A stretch of DNA of 64,000 nucleotides, from assembly GCF_041886205.1 (NCBI RefSeq), contig NZ_CP169029.1; one strand, given 5' to 3'. Source of the stretch: Escherichia coli (GTDB lineage: Bacteria; Pseudomonadota; Gammaproteobacteria; Enterobacterales; Enterobacteriaceae). Both the position numbers and the translations under genes were made by a program. The stretch's first letter is position 1; every line of letters starts with the position of its first letter. Shown piece after piece: positions 35,107-46,981 of the stretch. The notes beneath the pieces were generated by a model. The model was not told the origin of the DNA. It did no database searches and saw only the letters and a list, made by a program, of their open reading frames with translations.

Positions 35107-37155
35107 ATGAGTCGTAAACAACTGGCGCTATTCGAACCAACACTTGTCGTTCAGGCGCTGAAAGAAGCGGTGAAAAAATTAAACCCGCAGGCGCAATGGC
35201 GCAATCCGGTGATGTTTATCGTCTGGATCGGCAGTCTGCTGACCACCTGTATTAGCATCGCGATGGCAAGCGGTGCGATGCCCGGCAATGCGCTGTTTAG
35301 CGCGGCCATTAGCGGTTGGCTGTGGATCACCGTACTGTTCGCTAATTTCGCCGAGGCGCTGGCAGAAGGCCGCAGTAAAGCGCAGGCCAACAGTCTTAAA
35401 GGGGTGAAAAAAACTGCCTTTGCCCGCAAGCTGCGTGAGCCGAAATATGGCGCTGCGGCGGACAAAGTTCCTGCCGATCAACTGCGTAAAGGTGACATCG
35501 TGCTGGTAGAAGCTGGCGATATTATCCCCTGCGATGGTGAAGTCATTGAAGGCGGCGCATCGGTCGATGAAAGCGCCATCACCGGGGAATCGGCACCGGT
35601 GATCCGTGAATCCGGCGGCGATTTTGCCTCCGTCACCGGCGGTACGCGTATTCTTTCTGACTGGCTGGTGATTGAGTGTAGCGTTAACCCCGGAGAGACA
35701 TTTCTGGATCGGATGATCGCGATGGTGGAAGGCGCGCAGCGACGTAAAACGCCGAACGAGATTGCCCTGACCATCCTGCTGATTGCCCTGACTATCGTCT
35801 TTTTACTGGCAACCGCCACGCTGTGGCCGTTTTCCGCGTGGGGCGGTAATGCAGTCAGCGTAACGGTACTGGTGGCGCTGCTGGTCTGTCTGATCCCAAC
35901 CACTATTGGCGGCCTGTTGTCAGCGATCGGCGTCGCCGGGATGAGTCGGATGCTGGGCGCAAATGTGATTGCCACCAGCGGACGTGCAGTTGAAGCGGCA
36001 GGTGACGTTGACGTTCTGCTTCTGGATAAAACCGGCACCATCACACTCGGTAACCGTCAGGCGTCGGCGTTTATCCCCACGCAGGGCGTGGATGAAAAAA
36101 CGCTGGCTGACGCCGCACAACTGGCTTCGCTGGCTGATGAAACGCCGGAAGGCCGCAGTATTGTGATCCTCGCCAAGCAACGTTTTAACCTGCGCGAGCG
36201 CGATGTGCAGTCGCTCCATGCCACCTTTGTACCGTTTACTGCGCAAAGCCGGATGAGCGGGATCAACATCGACAACCGCATGATCCGTAAAGGTTCTGTC
36301 GATGCCATTCGTCGCCATGTTGAGGCTAACGGTGGTCACTTCCCTACCGATGTTGATCAAAAAGTCGATCAGGTTGCGCGTCAGGGAGCCACGCCGCTGG
36401 TGGTGGTGGAAGGTTCTCGTGTGCTGGGCGTTATTGCGCTGAAAGATATCGTCAAAGGCGGTATTAAAGAGCGCTTCGCCCAGCTGCGCAAAATGGGCAT
36501 TAAAACGGTGATGATTACCGGCGATAACCGTCTGACTGCCGCCGCGATTGCTGCGGAAGCGGGTGTCGATGATTTTCTCGCCGAAGCGACACCGGAGGCC
36601 AAGCTGGCATTGATCCGTCAGTATCAGGCGGAAGGTCGTTTGGTAGCGATGACCGGCGACGGCACCAACGATGCTCCGGCGCTGGCGCAGGCAGATGTCG
36701 CGGTGGCGATGAACTCCGGCACCCAGGCGGCGAAAGAGGCGGGCAATATGGTCGATCTCGACTCTAACCCGACCAAGTTGATCGAGGTGGTGCACATTGG
36801 CAAACAGATGCTGATGACCCGTGGCTCGCTGACCACCTTCAGCATTGCCAACGATGTGGCGAAATACTTCGCCATTATTCCGGCGGCATTCGCGGCAACG
36901 TATCCACAGTTAAATGCGCTGAACATCATGCGCCTGCATTCGCCCGACTCCGCCATTCTCAGTGCGGTGATTTTCAACGCCTTGATTATCGTCTTTTTGA
37001 TTCCCCTGGCGTTAAAAGGCGTGAGTTATAAACCGCTTACCGCTTCTGCCATGTTGCGCCGTAACTTATGGGTTTACGGTCTGGGTGGGCTGCTGGTGCC
37101 GTTTATTGGTATCAAAGTCATTGATTTACTGCTGACCGTTTGCGGTCTGGTGTGA
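35107..37155 (+). CDS. kdpB: K+-transporting P-type ATPase subunit B
   Basis: 682-aa ORF with P-type ATPase motifs ([19 protein letters not shown]). Confidence 0.97.
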   Translation: MSRKQLALFEPTLVVQALKEAVKKLNPQAQWRNPVMFIVWIGSLLTTCISIAMASGAMPGNALFSAAISGWLWITVLFANFAEALAEGRSKAQANSLKGVKKTAFARKLREPKYGAAADKVPADQLRKGDIVLVEAGDIIPCDGEVIEGGASVDESAITGESAPVIRESGGDFASVTGGTRILSDWLVIECSVNPGETFLDRMIAMVEGAQRRKTPNEIALTILLIALTIVFLLATATLWPFSAWGGNAVSVTVLVALLVCLIPTTIGGLLSAIGVAGMSRMLGANVIATSGRAVEAAGDVDVLLLDKTGTITLGNRQASAFIPTQGVDEKTLADAAQLASLADETPEGRSIVILAKQRFNLRERDVQSLHATFVPFTAQSRMSGINIDNRMIRKGSVDAIRRHVEANGGHFPTDVDQKVDQVARQGATPLVVVEGSRVLGVIALKDIVKGGIKERFAQLRKMGIKTVMITGDNRLTAAAIAAEAGVDDFLAEATPEAKLALIRQYQAEGRLVAMTGDGTNDAPALAQADVAVAMNSGTQAAKEAGNMVDLDSNPTKLIEVVHIGKQMLMTRGSLTTFSIANDVAKYFAIIPAAFAATYPQLNALNIMRLHSPDSAILSAVIFNALIIVFLIPLALKGVSYKPLTASAMLRRNLWVYGLGGLLVPFIGIKVIDLLLTVCGLV

Positions 37156-37163
37156 GGTTTACC

Positions 37164-37736
37164 ATGCGTGGATTACGTCCGGCATTATCGACATTTATCT
37201 TTCTGTTATTGATTACTGGCGGCGTTTACCCGCTGCTGACCACCGTGCTGGGGCAATGGTGGTTTCCCTGGCAGGCCAATGGTTCGTTGATTCGTGAAGG
37301 TGATACGGTGCGCGGTTCGGCATTAATCGGGCAGAATTTTACCGGCAACGGCTATTTTCATGGTCGCCCGTCGGCAACGGCAGAAATGCCCTATAATCCA
37401 CAGGCTTCTGGCGGGAGCAATCTGGCGGTCAGTAACCCTGAGCTGGATAAACTAATAGCCGCACGCGTTGCTGCATTACGGGCCGCTAACCCGGATGCCA
37501 GCACGAGCGTTCCGGTTGAACTGGTGACGGCATCGGCAAGCGGGCTGGACAACAATATCACCCCGCAAGCGGCGGTCTGGCAAATCCCACGCGTGGCGAA
37601 AGCGCGTAATCTCAGCGTTGAACAGCTCACGCAACTGATCGCAAAATACAGCCAACAACCGCTGGTGAAATATATCGGCCAGCCGGTCGTCAACATTGTT
37701 GAACTCAATCTGGCGCTGGATAAACTTGATGAATAA
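37164..37736 (+). CDS. kdpC: K+-transporting ATPase subunit C
   Basis: 190 aa from [25 protein letters not shown]. Confidence 0.93.
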   Translation: MRGLRPALSTFIFLLLITGGVYPLLTTVLGQWWFPWQANGSLIREGDTVRGSALIGQNFTGNGYFHGRPSATAEMPYNPQASGGSNLAVSNPELDKLIAARVAALRAANPDASTSVPVELVTASASGLDNNITPQAAVWQIPRVAKARNLSVEQLTQLIAKYSQQPLVKYIGQPVVNIVELNLALDKLDE

Positions 37737-40413
37737 CGAACCCTTACGTCCCGACCCCGATCGTCTGCTGGAACAAACTGCCGCGCCGCATCGGGGGAAG
37801 CTGAAAGTTTTCTTCGGTGCCTGTGCAGGCGTCGGGAAGACCTGGGCGATGCTGGCAGAAGCCCAGCGACTGCGGGCGCAAGGGCTGGATATTGTGGTTG
37901 GCGTGGTAGAAACCCATGGGCGGAAAGATACCGCCGCCATGCTTGAAGGGCTGGCTGTTCTGCCGCCCAAACGCCAGGCGTACCGTGGGCGGCATATCAG
38001 CGAGTTTGATCTCGATGCCGCCCTCGCCCGCCGTCCGGCGCTGATCTTAATGGACGAACTGGCGCACAGTAATGCGCCAGGTTCTCGTCATCCTAAACGC
38101 TGGCAGGATATCGAAGAACTGCTGGAAGCTGGCATTGATGTTTTCACAACCGTCAACGTTCAGCATCTGGAAAGTCTGAATGATGTGGTCAGCGGCGTCA
38201 CCGGAATTCAGGTACGGGAAACCGTGCCCGATCCTTTTTTCGATGCCGCCGACGACGTAGTGCTGGTGGACTTGCCCCCGGACGATCTGCGCCAGCGGCT
38301 GAAAGAAGGCAAAGTCTATATTGCCGGGCAGGCGGAGCGCGCCATTGAACATTTTTTCCGCAAAGGCAATCTGATCGCCCTGCGTGAACTGGCACTGCGC
38401 CGTACTGCCGATCGCGTAGATGAGCAAATGCGCGCCTGGCGGGGGCATCCTGGTGAAGAGAAAGTGTGGCACACGCGCGACGCGATCCTTTTATGCATCG
38501 GGCATAACACCGGCAGTGAGAAACTGGTCCGCGCGGCGGCGCGGTTGGCCTCGCGCCTGGGTAGCGTCTGGCACGCGGTGTATGTTGAAACCCCTGCCCT
38601 GCATCGCTTACCGGAAAAAAAACGTCGGGCAATTCTCAGCGCCTTACGTCTGGCGCAGGAGCTGGGCGCGGAGACGGCAACACTTTCTGATCCAGCGGAA
38701 GAGAAAGCGGTAGTCCGTTATGCCCGTGAACATAATCTCGGCAAGATTATTCTCGGTCGCCCAGCCTCGCGCCGCTGGTGGCGTCGGGAAACGTTTGCTG
38801 ACCGACTGGCGCGCATCGCCCCCGATCTCGATCAGGTGCTGGTCGCGCTTGATGAACCACCCGCCCGCACGATTAACAACGCGCCGGATAGCCGCTCTTT
38901 TAAAGACAAGTGGCGGGTACAGATTCAGGGATGCGTGGTTGCCGCCGCGTTATGCGCCGTTATCACCTTAATTGCCATGCAGTGGCTGATGGCGTTTGAT
39001 GCCGCCAACCTGGTGATGCTGTATCTGCTTGGCGTGGTGGTAGTGGCGCTATTTTATGGACGCTGGCCTTCGGTGGTTGCTACCGTCATTAATGTGGTGA
39101 GTTTCGATCTCTTTTTTATCGCCCCACGCGGCACGCTCGCCGTCTCTGATGTGCAATATCTGCTGACCTTCGCGGTGATGTTAACCGTCGGGCTGGTGAT
39201 CGGGAACCTTACTGCTGGCGTGCGTTATCAGGCGCGGGTAGCCCGTTACCGCGAGCAACGCACACGGCACTTATATGAAATGTCGAAAGCTCTGGCGGTG
39301 GGCCGCAGTCCGCAGGACATCGCCGCCACCAGCGAACAATTTATTGCCTCCACGTTTCATGCCCGCAGTCAGGTGTTGTTGCCCGATGACAACGGTAAAT
39401 TGCAGCCGTTAACACATCCGCAAGGAATGACGCCGTGGGACGATGCCATCGCGCAGTGGAGTTTTGATAAAGGCCTGCCTGCGGGTGCGGGCACCGACAC
39501 GTTACCCGGTGTACCGTACCAAATTTTGCCGTTAAAAAGCGGCGAGAAAACCTACGGACTGGTGGTGGTGGAACCGGGGAATCTGCGTCAGTTGATGATC
39601 CCGGAGCAGCAGCGCCTGCTGGAGACGTTTACGCTGTTAGTCGCCAATGCGCTTGAGCGGCTGACGCTGACCGCCAGCGAAGAACAGGCGCGGATGGCAA
39701 GCGAACGTGAACAGATCCGCAACGCCCTGCTGGCGGCGCTTTCGCATGATTTACGCACTCCGCTTACGGTGCTGTTTGGTCAGGCAGAAATCTTAACGCT
39801 CGATCTGGCAAGCGAAGGATCACCCCACGCCCGCCAGGCCAGCGAGATTCGTCAGCATGTGCTGAACACTACCCGACTGGTGAATAATCTACTGGATATG
39901 GCGCGAATTCAGTCCGGCGGCTTTAATTTGAAGAAAGAGTGGTTAACGCTGGAAGAAGTAGTCGGCAGCGCGCTGCAAATGCTGGAACCGGGTTTATCGT
40001 CGCCCATCAATCTTTCTCTGCCAGAACCGCTGACCTTAATCCACGTTGACGGGCCACTCTTTGAACGGGTGCTGATTAATCTGCTGGAGAACGCGGTGAA
40101 ATATGCGGGTGCGCAGGCCGAAATTGGTATCGATGCCCACGTTGAGGGCGAAAATCTACAACTGGATGTCTGGGATAACGGGCCCGGTCTTCCGCCAGGC
40201 CAGGAGCAGACGATATTTGATAAGTTTGCTCGCGGGAATAAAGAGTCGGCAGTACCGGGGGTAGGGCTTGGACTGGCAATTTGTCGGGCGATAGTGGATG
40301 TACACGGGGGCACTATTACCGCGTTCAACCGACCGGAAGGTGGTGCCTGTTTTCGTGTTACACTTCCCCAGCAAACTGCCCCTGAACTTGAAGAATTTCA
40401 TGAGGATATGTGA
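37729..40413 (+). CDS. kdpD: Sensor histidine kinase KdpD
   Basis: 894 aa from [16 protein letters not shown]; N-terminal KdpD domain with Walker A (GACAGVGKT), four TM segments, HisKA (LSHDLRTPL) and HATPase domains. Confidence 0.95.
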   Translation: MNNEPLRPDPDRLLEQTAAPHRGKLKVFFGACAGVGKTWAMLAEAQRLRAQGLDIVVGVVETHGRKDTAAMLEGLAVLPPKRQAYRGRHISEFDLDAALARRPALILMDELAHSNAPGSRHPKRWQDIEELLEAGIDVFTTVNVQHLESLNDVVSGVTGIQVRETVPDPFFDAADDVVLVDLPPDDLRQRLKEGKVYIAGQAERAIEHFFRKGNLIALRELALRRTADRVDEQMRAWRGHPGEEKVWHTRDAILLCIGHNTGSEKLVRAAARLASRLGSVWHAVYVETPALHRLPEKKRRAILSALRLAQELGAETATLSDPAEEKAVVRYAREHNLGKIILGRPASRRWWRRETFADRLARIAPDLDQVLVALDEPPARTINNAPDSRSFKDKWRVQIQGCVVAAALCAVITLIAMQWLMAFDAANLVMLYLLGVVVVALFYGRWPSVVATVINVVSFDLFFIAPRGTLAVSDVQYLLTFAVMLTVGLVIGNLTAGVRYQARVARYREQRTRHLYEMSKALAVGRSPQDIAATSEQFIASTFHARSQVLLPDDNGKLQPLTHPQGMTPWDDAIAQWSFDKGLPAGAGTDTLPGVPYQILPLKSGEKTYGLVVVEPGNLRQLMIPEQQRLLETFTLLVANALERLTLTASEEQARMASEREQIRNALLAALSHDLRTPLTVLFGQAEILTLDLASEGSPHARQASEIRQHVLNTTRLVNNLLDMARIQSGGFNLKKEWLTLEEVVGSALQMLEPGLSSPINLSLPEPLTLIHVDGPLFERVLINLLENAVKYAGAQAEIGIDAHVEGENLQLDVWDNGPGLPPGQEQTIFDKFARGNKESAVPGVGLGLAICRAIVDVHGGTITAFNRPEGGACFRVTLPQQTAPELEEFHEDM

Positions 40414-41087
40414 CAAACGTTCTGATTGTTGAAGATGAACAGGCTATTCGTCGCTTTCTGCGCACGGCGCTGGAGGGCGACGGTATGCGCGTCTTTGAGG
40501 CCGAAACGCTGCAACGCGGCTTGCTGGAAGCGGCAACCCGTAAGCCAGATTTGATTATTCTCGATCTCGGCCTGCCCGATGGTGATGGGATTGAGTTTAT
40601 CCGCGACCTGCGCCAGTGGAGCGCGGTGCCGGTGATAGTGCTTTCCGCACGCAGCGAAGAGAGCGACAAAATCGCCGCGCTGGATGCCGGAGCGGATGAT
40701 TATCTGAGTAAGCCGTTTGGCATTGGCGAATTGCAGGCCCGTCTGCGCGTCGCATTACGCCGCCATTCAGCCACTGCCGCGCCCGATCCGGTAGTGAAAT
40801 TTTCCGATGTTACCGTCGATTTAGCCGCCCGCGTGATTCACCGGGGTGAGGAAGAGGTGCATCTCACCCCGATTGAATTCCGCCTGCTGGCGGTGCTGCT
40901 CAACAATGCCGGAAAAGTGCTCACCCAGCGCCAGCTTCTTAACCAGGTGTGGGGGCCAAACGCGGTCGAACACAGTCATTATTTGCGTATTTATATGGGA
41001 CATCTGCGACAAAAACTGGAACAGGATCCCGCTCGCCCCCGCCATTTCATTACTGAAACCGGTATTGGGTATCGGTTTATGCTTTAG
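40410..41087 (+). CDS. kdpE: OmpR-family response regulator KdpE
   Basis: 225-aa ORF (GTG start) [17 protein letters not shown]...; 4-bp overlap with kdpD. Confidence 0.95.
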   Translation: MTNVLIVEDEQAIRRFLRTALEGDGMRVFEAETLQRGLLEAATRKPDLIILDLGLPDGDGIEFIRDLRQWSAVPVIVLSARSEESDKIAALDAGADDYLSKPFGIGELQARLRVALRRHSATAAPDPVVKFSDVTVDLAARVIHRGEEEVHLTPIEFRLLAVLLNNAGKVLTQRQLLNQVWGPNAVEHSHYLRIYMGHLRQKLEQDPARPRHFITETGIGYRFML

Positions 41088-41099
41088 GCGGTTGAATTA

Positions 41100-41182
41100 C
41101 CGGATGCGGCGTATACGCTTTATATGGCCTACGTAATGCTCCCGTAGGCATGATAAAACGCGCTAGCGTCGCATCAGGCATT
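41100..41182. repeat. REP-like palindromic element(s) between kdpE and ybfP
   Basis: cggatgcggcgtatacgc..., cccgtaggcatgataaaacgcgctagcgtcgcatcaggca seen directly. Confidence 0.55.
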
Positions 41183-41201
41183 GGCACTCATATCGAAATG
41201 T

Positions 41202-41696
41202 TTAATGCGTATTTATCGCTTTCAACTCTTGCTGGCATTTTTCTGACTGACAGCGTCGCAACTCAATAATCCCGACATGCATCATCGAGCCAAAAAATCC
41301 GCTTTCGCTGACATAATCATCATTAACTATCGGTCGAGTGCCGGGCTTACCCTGGCAAATCCTCATAAAAAATGAGGTGTAGCACTGCCAGCCGAGATTT
41401 AAACTGGTCTTTTCTTGTGCTGACATATCGTGAAGATAAGTATGTTCTTTTTCGTTCCCGCCTGACAACTGCCAACGTCGGGTATTATCAGGTAAGTTAT
41501 CGCCAAGGCAATTTGTCTTACACCGGGAAGGCGCAATATTTACTGCAATGCTACCCGTTAATCCTCTGTTTTTATCTTTAGGGGTCAGTAACCAGTCACC
41601 AGCCAATGATGATTGTTCAGGTTGGGCGCATGCAGTCAGCAGTAATGTGGCGGTAATTAGTGACACTCTGACGACCAGACTCCCGTTGGTCTTCAT
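41202..41696 (-). CDS. ybfP: Lipoprotein YbfP
   Basis: 164-aa ORF with lipoprotein signal peptide (…LLLTAC). Confidence 0.8.
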   Translation of the reverse strand: MKTNGSLVVRVSLITATLLLTACAQPEQSSLAGDWLLTPKDKNRGLTGSIAVNIAPSRCKTNCLGDNLPDNTRRWQLSGGNEKEHTYLHDMSAQEKTSLNLGWQCYTSFFMRICQGKPGTRPIVNDDYVSESGFFGSMMHVGIIELRRCQSEKCQQELKAINTH

Positions 41697-41741
41697 TGGG
41701 ATTTCCTTGAGCTATTCAGTTTGTTGACACAGTGTTCGTTG

Positions 41742-41850
41742 TTTTTGCCGGATGCGGCGTGAACGCCTTATCCGGCCTACAAAATCGCGCAAATTCAATA
41801 TATTGCACCATCTTTGTAGGCCTGATAAGCGTAGCGCATCAGGCAGTCAT
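41742..41850. repeat. REP/BIME cluster between pgm and ybfP
   Basis: gccggatgcggcgtgaacgccttatccggcctac ... gtaggcctgataagcgtagcgcatcaggc seen directly. Confidence 0.7.
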
Positions 41851-41899
41851 AAGTAAAAAAGGGCGATCTTCCGACCGCCCTTTTTCTTATTTAATGTGT

Positions 41900-43540
41900 T
41901 TACGCGTTTTTCAGAACTTCGCTAACAATCTCAACCGCTTCTTTCTCGATCTGCTTGCGATGTTCTTCCCCGAGGAAGCTTTCGCAGTAGATCTTATATG
42001 CGTCTTCCGTGCCTGACGGACGCGCGGCGAACCAGCCGTTGTCAGTCATCACTTTCAGGCCGCCGATAGAAGCACCGTTGCCCGGTGCCGCCGTCAGGCG
42101 CGCGGTGATTGGGTCGCCTGCCAGGGTGCTGGCGCTCACCATTTCCGGAGACAGCTTAGACAGCGCCGCTTTTTGTGCGGAAGTCGCAGCTGCCTGCAAA
42201 CGGTTGTAGCTCGGCGCACCAAAGCGTTTTGCCAGTTCGTTGTAGTGTTCCTGCGGGTTCTTACCGGTGACCGCGGTGATTTCCGCCGCCAGCAGACACA
42301 TAATGATGCCGTCTTTATCGGTGGACCACGGCGTGCCGTCGAAACGCAGGAAGGAAGCCCCTGCGCTCTCTTCGCCGCCAAAGCCGAAGCTACCGTCGAA
42401 CAGACCATCAACAAACCATTTGAAACCTACCGGTACTTCTACCAGCTTACGGCCCAAGTCATTGACCACACGGTCGATCATCGCAGAAGAAACCAGCGTT
42501 TTACCGACGGCAACATCTTTGCCCCACTGCGGACGATGCTGGAACAGGTAATTGATCGCCACCGCCAGGTAGTGGTTCGGATTCATCAAACCTGCCGGAG
42601 TGACGATACCGTGACGGTCATAATCCGGGTCGTTAGCAAACGCCAGATCGAACTTATCACGCAGTGCCAGCAGGCCCGCCATCGCACACTCGGAGGAGCA
42701 GTCCATACGGATCGCGCCGTCTTTATCAAGGTGCATAAAGCGGAAGGTTTGATCGACCTGATCGTTAACGATAGTCAGGTTGAGGTTGTAATACTCGCCA
42801 ATACGCTTCCAGTATTCGATACCGGAACCGCCCAGCGGATCAACGCCAAGCGTCAGGCCCGCTTTCTGAATCGCCGCCATATCAACGATATCGGCCAGCC
42901 CTTCCACGAACGGCTGCACCAGATCCTGCTCTTTCACATGACCGGATGCCATCGCTTCGTCGAGAGAGATACGCTTCACGCCTTTCAGGCCATCGGCCAG
43001 CAGTGCGTTGGCCCTGTCTTCCACCACTTTGGTGACGTTGGTATCAGCCGGGCCACCATTTGGCGGGTTGTACTTGATACCACCATCTTCCGGCGGGTTA
43101 TGGGACGGTGTAATCACGATACCGTCTGCCAGCGGGCCACCTTTTTTATTGTGAACCAGGATGGCATTGGAAACGGCAGGCGTCGGGGTGAAGCCATTGT
43201 TTTCCTGCACAATGACATCAACGCCGTTCGCTGCCAGCACTTCCAGTACGGAAATGAACGCAGGCTCGGACAGGGCGTGAGTATCTTTACCCACATAGCA
43301 AGGGCCAGTGATGCCGTTTTTCGCACGTTCTTCAGCAATTGCCTGAGCGATCGCCAGAATGTGCGGCTCGTTAAAGCTGTGGCGCGCTGCACTGCCACGG
43401 TGACCGGAAGTACCGAATTTCACCGCATGCTCCGCATTCCCTGCTTCTGGTTTCAGTACATAATATTGCGCCGTCAGTTGGGCGACGTTAATCAAATCAC
43501 TCTGTTGTGCAGGTTGGCCTGCACGATTGTGGATTGCCAT
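41900..43540 (-). CDS. pgm: Phosphoglucomutase
   Basis: 546 aa from [22 protein letters not shown]; active-site region [15 protein letters not shown]. Confidence 0.95.
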
Positions 43541-43565
43541 TGCTTTGTCCTTTGTCTGCAACGTT

Positions 43566-44111
43566 TTAGATAGTTCCGCAAACCTTCTCAATCAATTCCG
43601 CCGGGAATTGCATCGACTGCATGATGTGTTCGATCATGCTGCATTTACGGCCGGTGTTGGTGTTGGTGATCACCCAATACGGCGTGCCTGGCACATGTTT
43701 CGGCTTGGTCTGATTACCATTTTTCAGCAGCGTTTGTTCATCTGCCGCAAAGTAAACGCGCGTACGACCGTGCAACGATTCCGTTGCTTCGGCAAACGCC
43801 TGGGCGTCAAGAGAATATAGTGTAGACAACAGCAGCATAAAGCGATTGACCGCTCGCTTTTGCTCTGCGTATTCATCCGAAAGCAGAAGTTCACGCATTG
43901 CGCGAACCTTGTCTTTAATCGTTTTGACCGGCTTCGCTTCGACGATAGCAGGTGACGCAACGCGAACCTCTTTCGTCACCGGAGCAGCAGGCTGTGATGC
44001 GGCGGAAAATTTCAACATACGCCGTAAAATGTCGGATGCGCTCTCGCCGATATGCTTAGTGTGGCTGGCAATATAGCTGTAGAGTTCATCATCAACTTCA
44101 ATCGTTTTCAT
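43566..44111 (-). CDS. seqA: Replication-origin sequestration protein SeqA
   Basis: 181 aa from [35 protein letters not shown]; the ORF-track extension is rejected. Confidence 0.93.
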
Positions 44112-44295
44112 CTTAATCCAGTGCAGTGTCTTAGCTGAATACAAGTCGCCAGGAGTATATGAATAAATCCCGGCAGCGGATAGCGTCAAGCCTGGCTTGC
44201 AGAAAAACTCGGAATAAACCTTATTTGTTGCAGCCCTGTGGCACAATGGTCAACATAATACCCTAACCCGACAACGCGAAAAAAAGAACTTTGCC

Positions 44296-45060
44296 ATGAA
44301 ATTGAATATCCGCGCGCAAACTGCACAAAACCAGCACAATAATTCTCCCATCGTTCTTGTCCATGGTCTTTTTGGCAGCCTCGACAACCTTGGCGTACTG
44401 GCTCGCGATCTGGTAAACGATCACAATATCATCCAGGTTGATATGCGTAACCACGGTCTTTCACCGAGAGATCCGGTAATGAATTACCCGGCGATGGCGC
44501 AGGATCTTGTTAATACCCTGGATGCACAGCAGATCGACAAAGCAACATTTATCGGTCACTCCATGGGCGGTAAAGCGGTAATGGCACTTACTGCACTGGC
44601 CCCCGATCGCATCGATAAACTGGTGGCGATCGATATCGCACCGGTCGACTATCACGTACGCCGTCATGATGAGATTTTCTCGGCTATCAACGCGGTCAGT
44701 GAATCGTACGCACAAACTCGCCAGCAAGCAGCAGCAATAATGCGCCAGCATCTTAATGAAGAAGGGGTGATTCAGTTTCTGTTGAAATCTTTTGTTGACG
44801 GGGAGTGGCGCTTTAACGTGCCGGTATTGTGGGATCAGTATCCGCATATTGTGGGTTGGGAGAAAATCCCGGCATGGGATCACCCTGCCCTATTTATCCC
44901 TGGTGGTAATTCTCCGTATGTTAGCGAGCAGTACCGTGATGATTTACTGGCACAATTTCCACAGGCACGGGCGCATGTGATTGCAGGCGCGGGTCACTGG
45001 GTCCATGCTGAAAAACCGGATGCGGTATTACGCGCTATCCGTCGCTATCTCAATGATTAA
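44296..45060 (+). CDS. ybfF: Alpha/beta-hydrolase esterase YbfF
   Basis: 254-aa ORF with GHSMGG nucleophile elbow. Confidence 0.9.
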   Translation: MKLNIRAQTAQNQHNNSPIVLVHGLFGSLDNLGVLARDLVNDHNIIQVDMRNHGLSPRDPVMNYPAMAQDLVNTLDAQQIDKATFIGHSMGGKAVMALTALAPDRIDKLVAIDIAPVDYHVRRHDEIFSAINAVSESYAQTRQQAAAIMRQHLNEEGVIQFLLKSFVDGEWRFNVPVLWDQYPHIVGWEKIPAWDHPALFIPGGNSPYVSEQYRDDLLAQFPQARAHVIAGAGHWVHAEKPDAVLRAIRRYLND

Positions 45061-45199
45061 CGCAACTGATTAAAAACCCAGCGTCCGCGTCGCTTTCCGC
45101 GCGTGGGCGTTGGCGTGACTCATCGCGCTGATGTATTATGGCGCGCTATCCATCCGGGCAGAGGCCTGGCTGATTGTTTCCCCCGAAGTCACCAAGATC

Positions 45200-45493
45200 A
45201 TGGCCAAAGAACAAACGGACCGTACGACATTAGATCTGTTCGCGCACGAGCGTCGACCGGGACGACCGAAAACAAATCCGCTTTCGCGCGATGAACAGCT
45301 GCGTATTAATAAACGCAACCAACTAAAACGCGACAAAGTACGTGGCCTTAAGCGTGTCGAACTGAAGCTGAACGCGGAAGCTGTCGAGGCGCTGAACGAG
45401 CTGGCGGAATCGCGTAATATGAGCCGTAGCGAACTGATCGAAGAGATGTTAATGCAGCAACTGGCGGCGCTGCGTAGTCAGGGCATCGTTTAA
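45200..45493 (+). CDS. ybfE: LexA-regulated small protein YbfE (CopG/RHH-like)
   Basis: 97 aa from [24 protein letters not shown]... Confidence 0.8.
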   Translation: MAKEQTDRTTLDLFAHERRPGRPKTNPLSRDEQLRINKRNQLKRDKVRGLKRVELKLNAEAVEALNELAESRNMSRSELIEEMLMQQLAALRSQGIV

Positions 45494-45632
45494 ATTTCCA
45501 CTTTCATGTAGCACAGTGTGCAGTCCTGCTCGTTTGCTGATTCCGCAAGACTGCCTGTTCTGCTATGATTGCCTTTATCCGTGGGCAATTTTCCACCCCC
45601 ATTTCAATAAGTTTCAAGAGGTTATTTCACTC

Positions 45633-46163
45633 ATGGCTATCACTGGCATCTTTTTCGGCAGCGACACCGGTAATACCGAAAATATCGCAAAAATGATTCA
45701 AAAACAGCTTGGTAAAGACGTTGCCGATGTCCATGACATTGCAAAAAGCAGCAAAGAAGATCTGGAAGCTTATGACATTCTGCTGCTGGGCATCCCAACC
45801 TGGTATTACGGCGAAGCGCAGTGTGACTGGGATGACTTCTTCCCGACTCTCGAAGAGATTGATTTCAACGGCAAACTGGTTGCGCTGTTTGGTTGTGGTG
45901 ACCAGGAAGATTACGCCGAATATTTCTGCGACGCATTGGGCACCATCCGCGACATCATTGAACCGCGCGGTGCAACCATCGTTGGTCACTGGCCAACTGC
46001 GGGCTATCATTTCGAAGCATCAAAAGGTCTGGCAGATGACGACCACTTTGTCGGTCTGGCTATCGACGAAGACCGTCAGCCGGAACTGACCGCTGAACGT
46101 GTAGAAAAATGGGTTAAACAGATTTCTGAAGAGTTGCATCTCGACGAAATTCTTAATGCCTGA
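45633..46163 (+). CDS. fldA: Flavodoxin 1
   Basis: 176 aa from [27 protein letters not shown] (FMN-binding loop). Confidence 0.95.
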
Positions 46164-46202
46164 TGTGATGCGGCGTAGACTCATGTCTACGCCGTATTAA
46201 TA

Positions 46203-46226
46203 GATAATGCCAATCAAAATAATTGC
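46203..46226. promoter_or_regulatory. Putative Fur box in the uof-fur promoter region
   Basis: gataatgccaatcaaaataattgc resembles the Fur consensus GATAATGATAATCATTATC; fur autoregulation is established, this exact site assignment is an inference. Confidence 0.4.
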
Positions 46227-46372
46227 TACAAATTTGTAACTTTTGCTGTTGTACCTGTACAATGTCCCGGAGTTCAAGTGGCCTTGCCGTTGTAAATGTA
46301 AGCTGTGCCACGTTTTTATTAACAATATTTGCCAGGGACTTGTGGTTTTCATTTAGGCGTGGCAATTCTATA

Positions 46373-46459
46373 ATGATACGCATTATCTCAAGAGCAAATT
46401 CTGTCACTTCTTCTAATGAAGTGAACCGCTTAGTAACAGGACAGATTCCGCATGACTGA
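46373..46459 (+). CDS. uof: Upstream-of-fur leader peptide
   Basis: 28-aa ORF MIRIISRANSVTSSNEVNRLVTGQIPHD whose stop overlaps the fur start by 8 nt (translational coupling). Confidence 0.7.
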   Translation: MIRIISRANSVTSSNEVNRLVTGQIPHD

Positions 46460-46898
46460 TAACAATACCGCCCTAAAGAAAGCTGGCCTGAAAGTAACGC
46501 TTCCTCGTTTAAAAATCCTGGAAGTTCTTCAGGAGCCGGACAACCATCACGTCAGTGCGGAAGATTTATACAAACGTCTGATCGATATGGGTGAAGAAAT
46601 TGGTCTGGCTACGGTATATCGCGTACTGAACCAGTTTGACGACGCTGGTATCGTCACCCGCCACAATTTTGAAGGCGGTAAATCCGTATTTGAACTGACA
46701 CAGCAACATCACCACGATCACCTGATTTGCCTCGACTGCGGCAAGGTTATCGAATTTAGTGATGATTCCATCGAAGCGCGTCAGCGTGAAATTGCCGCAA
46801 AACATGGCATTCGCCTGACTAACCACAGTCTCTATCTTTACGGTCACTGTGCCGAAGGCGATTGCCGCGAAGATGAGCACGCGCACGAAGGCAAATAA
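46452..46898 (+). CDS. fur: Ferric uptake regulator
   Basis: 148-aa ORF MTDNNTALKKAGLKVTLPRLKILEVL... with HHHDH and C-terminal Cys/His metal sites. Confidence 0.97.
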   Translation: MTDNNTALKKAGLKVTLPRLKILEVLQEPDNHHVSAEDLYKRLIDMGEEIGLATVYRVLNQFDDAGIVTRHNFEGGKSVFELTQQHHHDHLICLDCGKVIEFSDDSIEARQREIAAKHGIRLTNHSLYLYGHCAEGDCREDEHAHEGK

Positions 46899-46913
46899 GT
46901 CAGCCTGAACGAG

Positions 46914-46942
46914 AAAAGCCAACCTGCGGGTTGGCTTTTTTA
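46914..46942. terminator. Intrinsic terminator between convergent fur and chiQ
   Basis: agccaacc-tgcg-ggttggct followed by T5 on plus strand; A/U-rich flank on the other side suggests bidirectional use. Confidence 0.6.
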
Positions 46943-46981
46943 TGCAAGGGAAATAAGAAAAGCGAGAGTTACAGCTCTCAC

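Noticed and set aside
35920-36795. 291-aa ORF antisense to kdpB (and similar ORFs antisense to kdpA, kdpD, nagE, sucB, sucD, miaB)
   Set aside because: All fall wholly within well-supported genes on the opposite strand and show low-complexity composition.
42173-43573. 466-aa ORF antisense to pgm
   Set aside because: Antisense shadow of pgm; Arg/His-rich translation with no recognisable domain.
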